A stretch of 64,000 bases of DNA, from the NCBI GenBank assembly GCA_002352105.1, contig DEHV01000080.1:5231-69230 (forward strand), in the 5' to 3' direction. Positions 26,287 to 35,111 of the stretch are shown one piece after another. The notes beneath the pieces are model-generated. The model was given only the letters and a program-made list of their open reading frames with translations. It was not told the origin of the DNA and made no database searches. The position numbers and the translations under genes were made by a program. Source of the stretch: Chitinophagaceae bacterium UBA2791. Its GTDB lineage: Bacteria; Bacteroidota; Bacteroidia; Chitinophagales; Chitinophagaceae. The stretch's first letter is position 1; each line of letters opens with the position of its first letter.

Positions 26287-28011
26287 CTAATTATAGCCGG
26301 GATTTTGAACAAGGAGCGGGTTCTTCTCTATTTCCGATTGCGGAATCGGCACCAGGTAGTTCCGTTCAAAGAACGCCCTTGGGTTAAAATCCGAAACCGT
26401 ATAGGTTTTAGTAGACCCCGTTTTCTGAATGTTCATTTTCTTCCCGGGAATATTCAATACCTCGGGAGCGATCTTCCAGCGACGCACATCATGATACCTA
26501 TGTCCTTCAAATACCAGTTCTACACGACGTTCCTGGATGATCCTATCCATCAATGCGGGACCAGACTCAGTTATATCGGGCATTTCCACGCCGGGGCGGC
26601 TTCTGATCAGGTTCAGGTATTGCCGGCAGGTGGGCTCGTCTCCCAGGTTATACATGGCTTCCGCATAATTCAGCAACACTTCCGCATAACGGAAATAGAT
26701 ATAGGGAACGCTGCTATGGTTATTGCCGCTGGGATTGGTGACGGTTTCATCCAGGAATTTGCGAACATAGTATCCTGTGAGCGTAGCATTCCAGGCCGAC
26801 AAGGGACCTTCATTAGAATCCATACCTCCGGGTAAGAACGTTTCCACTGGCCTGCCTTTAAATGGCGCCCCATCAAAAAGAATGGTTGCATAAAAACGGG
26901 GATCCCTGTTCACATAAGGATTCTGGGGATCGTATCCCGCAGCGGGGTTGATGATCTGCGAACCATCAGAATTATATCCTAAAATAGGCTTTTGTCCATT
27001 AGTCATCTCGAACTCATCCACAATATTCTGCAAAGGATGGATCTGTCCGAACCCGTTATATCCGTTCGGGTACAAGCTCAGGTCGACATAGGTTTGTTCA
27101 GGATCGGCCAAACGATCAAAGGGCCTGGACCAGATCACTTCCGAATTGTAGGAGTTCCCCCTGAAAAACAGCGAAGCATAATCTGAATACAGGGAATATT
27201 TGTTAAGGTCCATCACCGCCTTCGCAGCATCGGCGGCTTTTTGCCATTTCGCCTGGTCGTTGCCGGGGTTATGGAGAACGCTCGCGTCATACAATAAGGC
27301 TCTTGCCTTTGCCGCCAGCGCAGCGCCCTTGGTGATCCTTCCCTGATCTTTTGCCGCGTACTCAGCAGGCAGCAAGGCAGCCGCTGCATCCAACTCATCT
27401 ATAACAAATTTAAAACAAGTCTCGTAGGTATCCCTGGGCACATTAAAGTCATCCGTCAACGCGAATGGTTTGGTGACCAACGGCACTCCCCCGTAAAGAG
27501 AGATCATATTGAAATAAGCAAACGCCCTCAGGAACTTCATTTCACCCGACATTTGGTCCTTAGCTGATTGAGAAATAGGGGCGTCTCCAATACGGTCAAA
27601 GAAAAGGTTGCATTTGGTAATAGCAGCCCAGTAGCCCGAGCTATTTACCGCCGTATTCCAGAAATCCAGTATTCCCAGGTTAGAAGGCGTCAGGTTTCCT
27701 GAGTTGATAAAATCTGCCCCTCCTCCACGCTTATAACACTCATCGGTAACGCAGCCCAGGCCCAAAGCCCGACTGGGGTTACCCACAAAATCATGGGGCA
27801 TGATCCGGTAGGTATTGCTGACAAAGGTGCCGATCAGGGCTTCATCCCTCCATACGGCAGGATCAGAGAAACTGCCTAGGGGCTCTATATCCAGCGCATT
27901 TTTTTTGCAAGAAGAAAAAATAAATACACAACTGATTATCAATGATATATATATATATATATATGATATTCGATTTCGTTCTTTTGTAAACATGCAATAT
28001 TTTGATATCAT
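26287..28011 (-). CDS. RagB/SusD family nutrient-uptake outer-membrane lipoprotein
   Basis: Lipobox FSSCKKN and the C-terminal ERRVELVFEGHRYHDVRRW motif. The gene begins 12 nt downstream of the SusC stop. Confidence 0.9.
   Translation of the reverse strand: MISKYCMFTKERNRISYIYIYISLIISCVFIFSSCKKNALDIEPLGSFSDPAVWRDEALIGTFVSNTYRIMPHDFVGNPSRALGLGCVTDECYKRGGGADFINSGNLTPSNLGILDFWNTAVNSSGYWAAITKCNLFFDRIGDAPISQSAKDQMSGEMKFLRAFAYFNMISLYGGVPLVTKPFALTDDFNVPRDTYETCFKFVIDELDAAAALLPAEYAAKDQGRITKGAALAAKARALLYDASVLHNPGNDQAKWQKAADAAKAVMDLNKYSLYSDYASLFFRGNSYNSEVIWSRPFDRLADPEQTYVDLSLYPNGYNGFGQIHPLQNIVDEFEMTNGQKPILGYNSDGSQIINPAAGYDPQNPYVNRDPRFYATILFDGAPFKGRPVETFLPGGMDSNEGPLSAWNATLTGYYVRKFLDETVTNPSGNNHSSVPYIYFRYAEVLLNYAEAMYNLGDEPTCRQYLNLIRSRPGVEMPDITESGPALMDRIIQERRVELVFEGHRYHDVRRWKIAPEVLNIPGKKMNIQKTGSTKTYTVSDFNPRAFFERNYLVPIPQSEIEKNPLLVQNPGYN
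27945..27964. repeat. Perfect (AT)10 dinucleotide microsatellite inside the 5' end of the susD-like CDS
   Basis: ATATATATATATATATATAT was read directly. It encodes YIYIYI between the start codon and the lipobox Cys. Confidence 0.95.
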
Positions 28012-28022
28012 GGTTCGCAGTT

Positions 28023-31000
28023 TTAAAAAGTTAGGTTTACGCCAAAATTGAAGATCCTGGTCTGAGGATAAGCATCTCCACGCGAAGTACCGCCGTCCAG
28101 ATTAACAATTTCAGGATCGAACATTTTGGCCAGTTTGGAAATCGTAAACAGGTTGCTTCCGCTGACAAAAAATCTTAATGAATTCAGCTTTGCCTTAGAA
28201 ACAATACTGGAGGGCACTGTGTATCCCAATTGCAGGGTTTTTAACCTGAAGAAAGAAGTATTCATTAACCAGAAATCTGATTTTTGTCCATCTACCTCTC
28301 CGCTGGTAGTCGTTTCAATGGTAGGCAGAATGGGATATTTGGAATCCATGCTTCCGGGCTTATAGCGATTGTCCACCACTTCGGCAAAACCATTGATCGC
28401 ATTTCTTACATTAAGAATATATTGCTGCCATGCTCTGGCATGCCCGGCAAAATTGGCATAGAGAGAGAAATTCTTGTATTCCAGGTTAATATTTGTACCA
28501 AAAGATAACTGGGGAATACTAGATTTATCCATCATCACCATATCTGCCGCCGATATTATGCCATCGCCGTTCACATCCTCATACTGCAGGTTTCCTACTA
28601 TGGTTCCGGGGAATACCGCCGCCTTGTCCACCTCATCCTGTGTCCGGAATATGCCTATTGCCTTGTAAAATCTTTGAGCGCCGACCACGCGTCCTTTTGC
28701 TTTCTGGTATTCCGGAACGTTTTGCGCCTCGCTGAGATCGATCACCTTACTTTTTGCATAGGCTATGTTCACGCCCACGCGATAAAAGACCTGTCCGATG
28801 GTTTTCTGACTGGTCAGCGACAACTCGACCCCCCTGTTCTGCACAACGCCTATATTTTCGGCAGGCAGTCGTAAACCGGTATACAGGGGAACGGCCAGAT
28901 CGCGGGTGGTTAAGATATTGGATCTTTTTTGCTGGAACACATCAATGGAGAATCCGAATAGATCGTTCCATAGAGCGCCATCCAGGCCGATATTGGTAGT
29001 AGTAAGCACTTCCCAGGTAATATTGGGGTTGGGGCTAACGCCGGCCACCAATCCCTGCGAAGAAGCGGAAGGCCATCCAAAATTATACCCGGTATTACCT
29101 AAACTATACAATACCAGATCCTGAAATGCGGCAATATTATCGTTCCCTATCTTACCATAAGAAGCCCTCAGTTTCAGCTCGTTCACGAAGCCCAGGTTCT
29201 CGCTGATAAAGTTTTCCTGGGAAAGTCGCCAGGCCGCTGAAGCGCCGGGGAAGAACCCATATCGATTACCCTTGGGAAAGTTAGAAGAGCCATCGTACCT
29301 GAAATTCAAATCCAATAAGTATTTGCTTTGGTAATCGTAACTAATCCTACCAAAAAGATTGTTTCTTCTACTCTCGGATTTGTTACCGGTTGTTTGCTGG
29401 TTGGTTAACCCTCCTGCAAACAATTCGTCCAGCGCCGAGGAGAGATAACCCTGGCGGAATGCCTGGAAGAAAGTATAGGTAGAAAGCGACTGTTCGCCAG
29501 CGATGAAGGCGCCGAGATGGTGATCGCCAAGATTTGTATCATACTTCAATCGAAGGTTAACCAGGCTGGTCCTGGTAGTAGCTAATGATTGCGTCAACTG
29601 GGGAGCATTTATACGCCCTCCGCCGATAGGCGTATAGGTATCCGTAGAAGCAGTATAGGAATATACCGTCCAGGGCGTCTGCCAGTTTTTAATATTTGTA
29701 TTGAGATCGTTGTAAGCAAAATATCCGTCTACGCCCAGGCCTTTCACAAAGGGGATGGCGATATCAATGGAAGCCTTACCCATCAGGCGTTGAGCCCTGT
29801 TGTTATTATTCCCGGTGGCATCAGTAGCCATTATAGCCGGATTTTCTCCCTGTTCAATGCCTGGGGAAGGCAGTCCGTTGGCCCAGTAAACCGGGATATA
29901 GGGCACCTGTTTCAGGGCTCCAAAGATAGTGCTGGTACTATAGGCAGGATAGTTGCCATTATTCAAACCGCCGTTTAAATCCAGCCCCACCTTAACGTAT
30001 TCATTCACCTTAATATCCATGTTTGAACGGACGGTATAGGTCTTGAAATTATGGCTACCATTCTTGAACATACCCTGCTGGTTGGCGAAAGAACCGGAAA
30101 TGGAATATTTGATATCATCGTTTCCCCCCCTGACATTCAGGTTATGCTGGCTTTGAGGGGTCGTGGGCCTTACCACTTCCCTGAACCAGTCTACATTGGG
30201 ATAGTTAACCGGATCGCTGCCATCCCGGAATTTCTGGATCTCCTCCTCCGTAAATCTTGGCGCCTGGCCGGCTACTTCCTGTAAATAGTTTACATACTCG
30301 GCAAAGGAAGCGGAGCTGGCCATTTTGGGAATTACGGCCGCCTGGGTAAGGCCCTGGTTGAATGTATAGCTGACAATGGGTTTCCCCCTGCTTCCTCTTT
30401 TGGTTGTGATCAGGATAACCCCATTTGCCGCGCGGGCGCCGTAGATGGCAGCCGAAGCGTCTTTTAATACGGATACCGATTCAATATCATTGGAATTGAT
30501 ATTCTGCCATCCGCCATCGTCGGGCACTCCATCCACCACTACAAGAGGCGCAGTACTTCCCGTGGTACTCTTGCCCCGGATCAACACGGCGGGATTGTCC
30601 CTGCCCGGTTCTCCCGAGATATTCATGGCAATCGCGCCGGGTAGAATACCTTCTATGGTATTACCGATATTGATGGCGGGGCTGCGTTGCAGTTCCCTGC
30701 CCACCACGCTGGCAACAGAACCGGTGAGGGTGGCTTTTTTCTGGGAACCATACCCCACATTCACCACTACTTCGCCCAGGCTGGTGGCGCTCAATAGCAT
30801 GGTAATATTGAATACGGTGCGGTCTCCTACCACAAGTTCCTGGGTTTCGTAGCCGATATAGGAAATTTCAAGCACATCGTTTCTCTCCACGGAAAGGGAA
30901 AAATTTCCCTGGCTATTGGTGGATGTTCCCGAAGAAGAGCCTTTGACCTTTATCGACACGCCTTCCAGTGGCGAGCCATCCTCATTGACCACCCTGCCGG

Positions 31001-31349
31001 TGATGACGAAAAAAGGTTTGATCTCCTTAATGACCGGGGTTGTCGCTGTAACGAGCGCCGATCTGGTAAGCACCACCATATCGCCCTCGAAGCGATAATT
31101 GAACTCGGTTCCCTTCAGGCATTTGGAGATCACTTCCGCAATAGAAGCTCTCCTCACCTGAAGCGTAATGGGTTTTATCCCTTCAAACAGAGTTTCTTCG
31201 TAAACAATGGAAACGCCGGTCTGGCGAATCACTTCCTTAAATACTTTTTGAACCGACGCGTTTCGAACCGAAAGCGTTACTGTCTGCGTACTTGCCCTGG
31301 CCGCGACATGCAGGCTGGCAACAAGCAATAAAAATGCCGTTAGCCTCAT
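28023..31349 (-). CDS. SusC/RagA family TonB-linked outer-membrane protein with N-terminal STN signalling domain
   Basis: The start at the internal ATG gives MRLTAFLLLVASLHVAA. The domains in order are STN (VTLSVRNASVQKVFKEVIRQTGVSIVYEE), CarboxypepD_reg (ITGRVVNEDGSPLEGVSIKVKG), plug and barrel, ending in a C-terminal F. Confidence 0.9.
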   Translation of the reverse strand: MRLTAFLLLVASLHVAARASTQTVTLSVRNASVQKVFKEVIRQTGVSIVYEETLFEGIKPITLQVRRASIAEVISKCLKGTEFNYRFEGDMVVLTRSALVTATTPVIKEIKPFFVITGRVVNEDGSPLEGVSIKVKGSSSGTSTNSQGNFSLSVERNDVLEISYIGYETQELVVGDRTVFNITMLLSATSLGEVVVNVGYGSQKKATLTGSVASVVGRELQRSPAINIGNTIEGILPGAIAMNISGEPGRDNPAVLIRGKSTTGSTAPLVVVDGVPDDGGWQNINSNDIESVSVLKDASAAIYGARAANGVILITTKRGSRGKPIVSYTFNQGLTQAAVIPKMASSASFAEYVNYLQEVAGQAPRFTEEEIQKFRDGSDPVNYPNVDWFREVVRPTTPQSQHNLNVRGGNDDIKYSISGSFANQQGMFKNGSHNFKTYTVRSNMDIKVNEYVKVGLDLNGGLNNGNYPAYSTSTIFGALKQVPYIPVYWANGLPSPGIEQGENPAIMATDATGNNNNRAQRLMGKASIDIAIPFVKGLGVDGYFAYNDLNTNIKNWQTPWTVYSYTASTDTYTPIGGGRINAPQLTQSLATTRTSLVNLRLKYDTNLGDHHLGAFIAGEQSLSTYTFFQAFRQGYLSSALDELFAGGLTNQQTTGNKSESRRNNLFGRISYDYQSKYLLDLNFRYDGSSNFPKGNRYGFFPGASAAWRLSQENFISENLGFVNELKLRASYGKIGNDNIAAFQDLVLYSLGNTGYNFGWPSASSQGLVAGVSPNPNITWEVLTTTNIGLDGALWNDLFGFSIDVFQQKRSNILTTRDLAVPLYTGLRLPAENIGVVQNRGVELSLTSQKTIGQVFYRVGVNIAYAKSKVIDLSEAQNVPEYQKAKGRVVGAQRFYKAIGIFRTQDEVDKAAVFPGTIVGNLQYEDVNGDGIISAADMVMMDKSSIPQLSFGTNINLEYKNFSLYANFAGHARAWQQYILNVRNAINGFAEVVDNRYKPGSMDSKYPILPTIETTTSGEVDGQKSDFWLMNTSFFRLKTLQLGYTVPSSIVSKAKLNSLRFFVSGSNLFTISKLAKMFDPEIVNLDGGTSRGDAYPQTRIFNFGVNLTF

Positions 31350-31568
31350 AATCCGTAGCAATTTAGCTTGGTTTCTCCATGCAATATGCACGTCTTGATA
31401 AACACCCAATAAATGCATAACTTTGGTTTGTTTTGGTTAATGAATAAGCATCCTTCCAGATTGCCTTAAAGATTTAGCCCAAACGTTCAGCCAGAAATGT
31501 TCGCAGCATTCCTGGCTTTTTTTTGGATCATTGGTATTACTATGTCTTCATAAAAGCGCTATTTGTTT

Positions 31569-32792
31569 TTAAATTATTTTCAACAGCTTTCCTTCCAGCG
31601 TAAACTTTACGCCATAGGCTTCCAGCATCTCCAGCAGGTTGCGTATCGGAAGGTTTCTGCTGATGCCGCCGCCGAATTTCTTCTCCATATATTTTTTTTC
31701 CATTACCACGTCCACATCATACCACCGGCTTACCTGCCTCATGATCGCTTCCAGGTTGATATTGCTAAATTCAAAAAGTCCTCTTTTCCAAGCCATCACC
31801 TGGTCAATATCCACGTCGTCAGCAATCCTGATCACGCCGCTGTTCCTTACCTTCCATTGCGCCTGCTGCCCCGGTTTTATGATAGATGATTCGCCGGATC
31901 TCATTAACTGGATACCTCCTTCCAGCAAGGTGGTCCGGGAAAGCTCTTCATCGTCATAAGCGTTAACATTAAAATGAGTGCCCAATACTTTTATATCCAC
32001 TTCGCCGGTTGTCACATGAAACGGCGCTTCTGCATTTTTCGCTACCTCGAAATAGGCTTCTCCGGTGATGGAGACCCTTCTGTCCTTCCCCGCAAAGACT
32101 GTCGGATAAGTAATCGATGAAGCGGCATTCAGCCAGACCTTGGTGCCATCCGGCAAAACGATCTGGTATTGTCCGCCCCTGGGCGTCCTCATGGTATTGT
32201 AGGCTACGGCAGCGGGAACAACCTCTTTGACCGCTTTTTGGTATTCTATCTGCCCGTCAGCGCGCTTCCTGATCTCGGTCCCGCCCTGTTTGGCAAGCGT
32301 GCCATTGGCCGCCGCATCCAGCACGATCGAGGAGCCGTCGGACAAGGTCAGGATGGCCCGGTCGCCCCCGGGAGGCAGATCAGGAATCGGCGCCTGTATG
32401 GGTTCCGGGGACTGGCTGACCTGGGTTTCCGCAGATCTGTCGAACCAGAAATACAATCCTGCCCCGGCTACTAAAAGTATAATTGCCGCAGCATAACGGA
32501 GCCATGCTGTTCTAAGCAATTGGGTACGATGAACGGGCGGCTGCGACCCGTTGTTTTTGCCAACGGCAGAGGATTTATCCACCTCAACCGCCGCGCGGAT
32601 CAGGGGCTCCCATTTTTTCTCATCAAAATCTGTAATTGCCGTTTCCCCGATACCTAACTCCATCGCCGCCTCAATAAAACGCTCCCTGTTGTATTCAGAA
32701 GAAACAAAAGTTCTTAGCTCGTCCTTTTCCGAAAAAGACAAGCGCCCCGCCGCCAGCCGGTCCAGTAAATAGAGTAACCTTTTTTTGTCCAT
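31569..32792 (-). CDS. FecR family anti-sigma factor / transmembrane sensor
   Basis: There is a single TM helix (AAIILLVAGAGLYFW). The FecR domain motif is GEAYFEV...PFHV.T....I.VLGTHFNV. It lies upstream of the STN-SusC gene. Confidence 0.9.
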   Translation of the reverse strand: MDKKRLLYLLDRLAAGRLSFSEKDELRTFVSSEYNRERFIEAAMELGIGETAITDFDEKKWEPLIRAAVEVDKSSAVGKNNGSQPPVHRTQLLRTAWLRYAAAIILLVAGAGLYFWFDRSAETQVSQSPEPIQAPIPDLPPGGDRAILTLSDGSSIVLDAAANGTLAKQGGTEIRKRADGQIEYQKAVKEVVPAAVAYNTMRTPRGGQYQIVLPDGTKVWLNAASSITYPTVFAGKDRRVSITGEAYFEVAKNAEAPFHVTTGEVDIKVLGTHFNVNAYDDEELSRTTLLEGGIQLMRSGESSIIKPGQQAQWKVRNSGVIRIADDVDIDQVMAWKRGLFEFSNINLEAIMRQVSRWYDVDVVMEKKYMEKKFGGGISRNLPIRNLLEMLEAYGVKFTLEGKLLKII

Positions 32793-32964
32793 GGAGCCTT
32801 CGCTTATTTAATAAAGAATGTTAAAATTGAAAAGGGTAACTATCGTAGTAAACATTTTTTTTGAGAAATCTCTGTGGAAACTAAAATTAGTCGCTCCGGA
32901 TAAACACATCAATTAAACCGTTTAACAACAATTGTTTTTAAAGTTTTGATTTATAAGTTCGGAA

Positions 32965-33357
32965 ATGGATAAGAAATTTACAGACATTATACGACTTATA
33001 CAGCAATCCCGAAACAATTCTATAAAGGCGGTTAATGCTGAGCTTATTAACCTGTACTGGAACGTCGGGGCATATATTAAACAAAAACTGTCGGTGGCAG
33101 AATGGGGCGAAAGAACGGTGGATGAATTGGCAAATTTTATTCAGAAAAACAGCCCTGAGCTGAAAGGGTTTAATCGCAGAGGAATTTACAGAATGATACA
33201 ATTCTATGAAACTTATGTCGACGCCAAATTTGCGACCCCAGCCAGGATAAAATCACAAGTGGCTGATAACCAAATAAATGAAATTGTGTCACCAGTGGTG
33301 TCACAATTTGAACCGCAGGATATTAGCGCTACAATTTTAGTTCATCGGCATGATTGA
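32965..33357 (+). pseudogene. YhcG/DUF1016 N-terminal fragment (PD-(D/E)XK nuclease domain missing)
   Basis: IIRLIQQSRNNSIKAVNAELINLYWNVGAYI...KGFNRRGIYRMIQFYETY matches the DUF1016 N-domain. The ORF stops after 130 aa, whereas family members as I recall them are ~340-370 aa. Confidence 0.55.
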
Positions 33358-33527
33358 CAAGACCAAGACCCGTCCTTCAAACTTAGTTCTTTGAAAATAT
33401 GTCCGCAATGGAAACACAACTTTGAAGATGGCTCAAACCGTCCAAAATGCAACTTTTAAAAAAGATGAAGGAATGTTTGAACAATATACAAATGTATATT
33501 ATATTTGTGTTGCAAAACGATTAAGAC

Positions 33528-33689
33528 ATGAACAACGAAAACAAAGAACTAATAGAGCTGGTAAAGCTAGAGCTGGCCGCCTATTTAAGAATCGCCGAAA
33601 AACTGAACTTCCCAGCGGCAGAAGTCGAAAAGCAGGTTAATATGTATCTTGAAGAGATATACGAACTGCTAAAACCAAAGAGTAATTAA
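33528..33689 (+). CDS. Small hypothetical protein (53 aa), phage/ICE-like
   Basis: ATG-initiated ORF MNNENKELIELVKLELAAYLRIAEKLNFPAAEVEKQVNMYLEEIYELLKPKSN, read manually. It is immediately followed by a GC hairpin and is absent from the track because it is shorter than 60 aa. Confidence 0.3.
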   Translation: MNNENKELIELVKLELAAYLRIAEKLNFPAAEVEKQVNMYLEEIYELLKPKSN

Positions 33690-33692
33690 CCG

Positions 33693-33711
33693 GGAGGGGC
33701 TTTGCCCCTCC
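33693..33711 (+). terminator. GC-rich hairpin (candidate terminator)
   Basis: GGAGGGGC-TTT-GCCCCTCC is a perfect 8-bp stem. Confidence 0.4.
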
Positions 33712-33726
33712 TTAAAACACGCAATA

Positions 33727-34119
33727 ATGAAAAACAGAATTGATGAACTAATAAAGCTGAGCATTAAAGATCCCGCCGCATTTGAAAAGGAATCAGATGC
33801 ATTAGCGGATCGCGCAAAAAAGGACAAAAAGTTGAAAGCTGAGTTAAAAAAGGAATTTCAGGAAAGTCTGGATAGAAAGGGTAAGCAAATCAAGGAGCTT
33901 TCAATCAAAATGCAATTGCAGTCCATATCCGACATGATCAACATGTCTTATATTGCAAAAACATATTTTGGCAAAACCAGGCAATGGCTTACGCATCGCG
34001 TTAATGGTCATGTCGTAAATGGTAAGCCCGCAAAGTTTACTGAAAAGCAGATTCAAACCTTAAACGTCGCGTTAAAGGATATTGGCAAAAGAATTGGTTC
34101 AATTAGTGTTCATCACTAG
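33727..34119 (+). CDS. DUF5053-like protein (common in Bacteroidota mobile or phage-derived regions)
   Basis: SYIAKTYFGKTRQWLTHRVNGHVVNGKPAKFTEKQIQTLNVALKDIGKRI resembles the DUF5053 C-terminal motif. Confidence 0.5.
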   Translation: MKNRIDELIKLSIKDPAAFEKESDALADRAKKDKKLKAELKKEFQESLDRKGKQIKELSIKMQLQSISDMINMSYIAKTYFGKTRQWLTHRVNGHVVNGKPAKFTEKQIQTLNVALKDIGKRIGSISVHH

Positions 34120-34131
34120 TCGTTTTGCACC

Positions 34132-34158
34132 GCCCCGCATCCGAGCCAAGTGCGGGGC
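34132..34158 (+). terminator. Hairpin after the DUF5053-like gene (candidate terminator)
   Basis: GCCCCGCA-(11 nt)-TGCGGGGC, followed by ATCTTTAAA. Confidence 0.4.
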
Positions 34159-34255
34159 ATCTTTAAACGCAAATGCCTCCGACGCAGGAGGATAAAGAAA
34201 AATAAATGCAATTCGCCAGACCGTGTCTGGCAAATCTGAAAAAAGCCCGGCGCCT

Positions 34256-34843
34256 TCAACAGAGAAACAATAAAAGCCCTATTAATTTACCGGAAGCGGC
34301 CAGGCTCTGGCGAATCGACTCCAATGCCGCGCTTAAGGCATTTTTTACATATCCGTTGGACAGGTTAAGTTTTTCTGCTATTTCTTTCGATTTAATGCCT
34401 TCTATCCTGTTCATCTGGAAGATCAGCTTTCGCTGAGGAGGTAATTGCGCAATGGCTTTTTCCAACAAAAGCGCCGTTTCCCGGAATGCGAGGTTATCCA
34501 ATCCCGTCGCGGCAAAATCCACTGCAATATCGTCGGCTACCTCATTGAATAGTTTTGACGTCGAAGCATTTTTTCTAAGCCAGGTAAAGGTTTCATTTAA
34601 CGCCACCCTTTTAAACCAGGCAGGCGGGTTTTCCAATCCCGGAAGTTTATCGCGATTCAGCCATATCCTGATAAAACATTCCTGTAATACCTCCTTGCAG
34701 GGTTCCGGCGAGCGGACGATCCTCATCACCAATGGCTCAAGATAACGCGCTATTCTTCCGACAAGGGAAGCAAAAGCTTTTTCGTCGCCTTCTGCCACCA
34801 GATAAAGCAGTTCTGATTCCTGGTATGTTTTGGTTGTTATCAC
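34256..34843 (-). CDS. RNA polymerase ECF-type sigma-70 factor (Bacteroidota FecI-like)
   Basis: Region 2 is ECFIRIWLNRDKL and region 4 is LPPQRKLIFQMNRIEGIKSKEIAEKLNLSNGYVKNAL. Confidence 0.9.
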   Translation of the reverse strand: MITTKTYQESELLYLVAEGDEKAFASLVGRIARYLEPLVMRIVRSPEPCKEVLQECFIRIWLNRDKLPGLENPPAWFKRVALNETFTWLRKNASTSKLFNEVADDIAVDFAATGLDNLAFRETALLLEKAIAQLPPQRKLIFQMNRIEGIKSKEIAEKLNLSNGYVKNALSAALESIRQSLAASGKLIGLLLFLC

Positions 34844-35111
34844 TTATGATGTGAAATAAATAATAAATGGCATGATCATTTATTCAAAGTTACGCCTCCT
34901 GGACAATTCCTTTCTAAACTAAAGTAACAAAAATCGGCGTAAGTCCGCGATGTTATATTCAAACTCATGATCACATATCTCATCAGGGAAGCTTTTGCCC
35001 GGTTCAAAAAACAATTCTATGACATATAAAAAAGAGCTGTGATTTAAGTATTCTGTAATAATTTGCAGGCGATAGTTCTGCCAATGATCCTCACTAACTA
35101 TAAATAATGAT

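Noticed and set aside
27941-27970. The AT-repeat region considered as a CRISPR-like or promoter feature.
   Set aside because: It is a simple dinucleotide tract inside a CDS with no spacer-repeat organisation. No CRISPR array, tRNA or rRNA was recognised anywhere in the window.
33422-33640. 72-aa ORF in the sigma/FecR insertion.
   Set aside because: It is Lys/Arg-rich, low-complexity and starts at a non-ATG codon. The overlapping ATG-initiated 53-aa ORF (33528-33689) ends right before a hairpin and is the more plausible gene.
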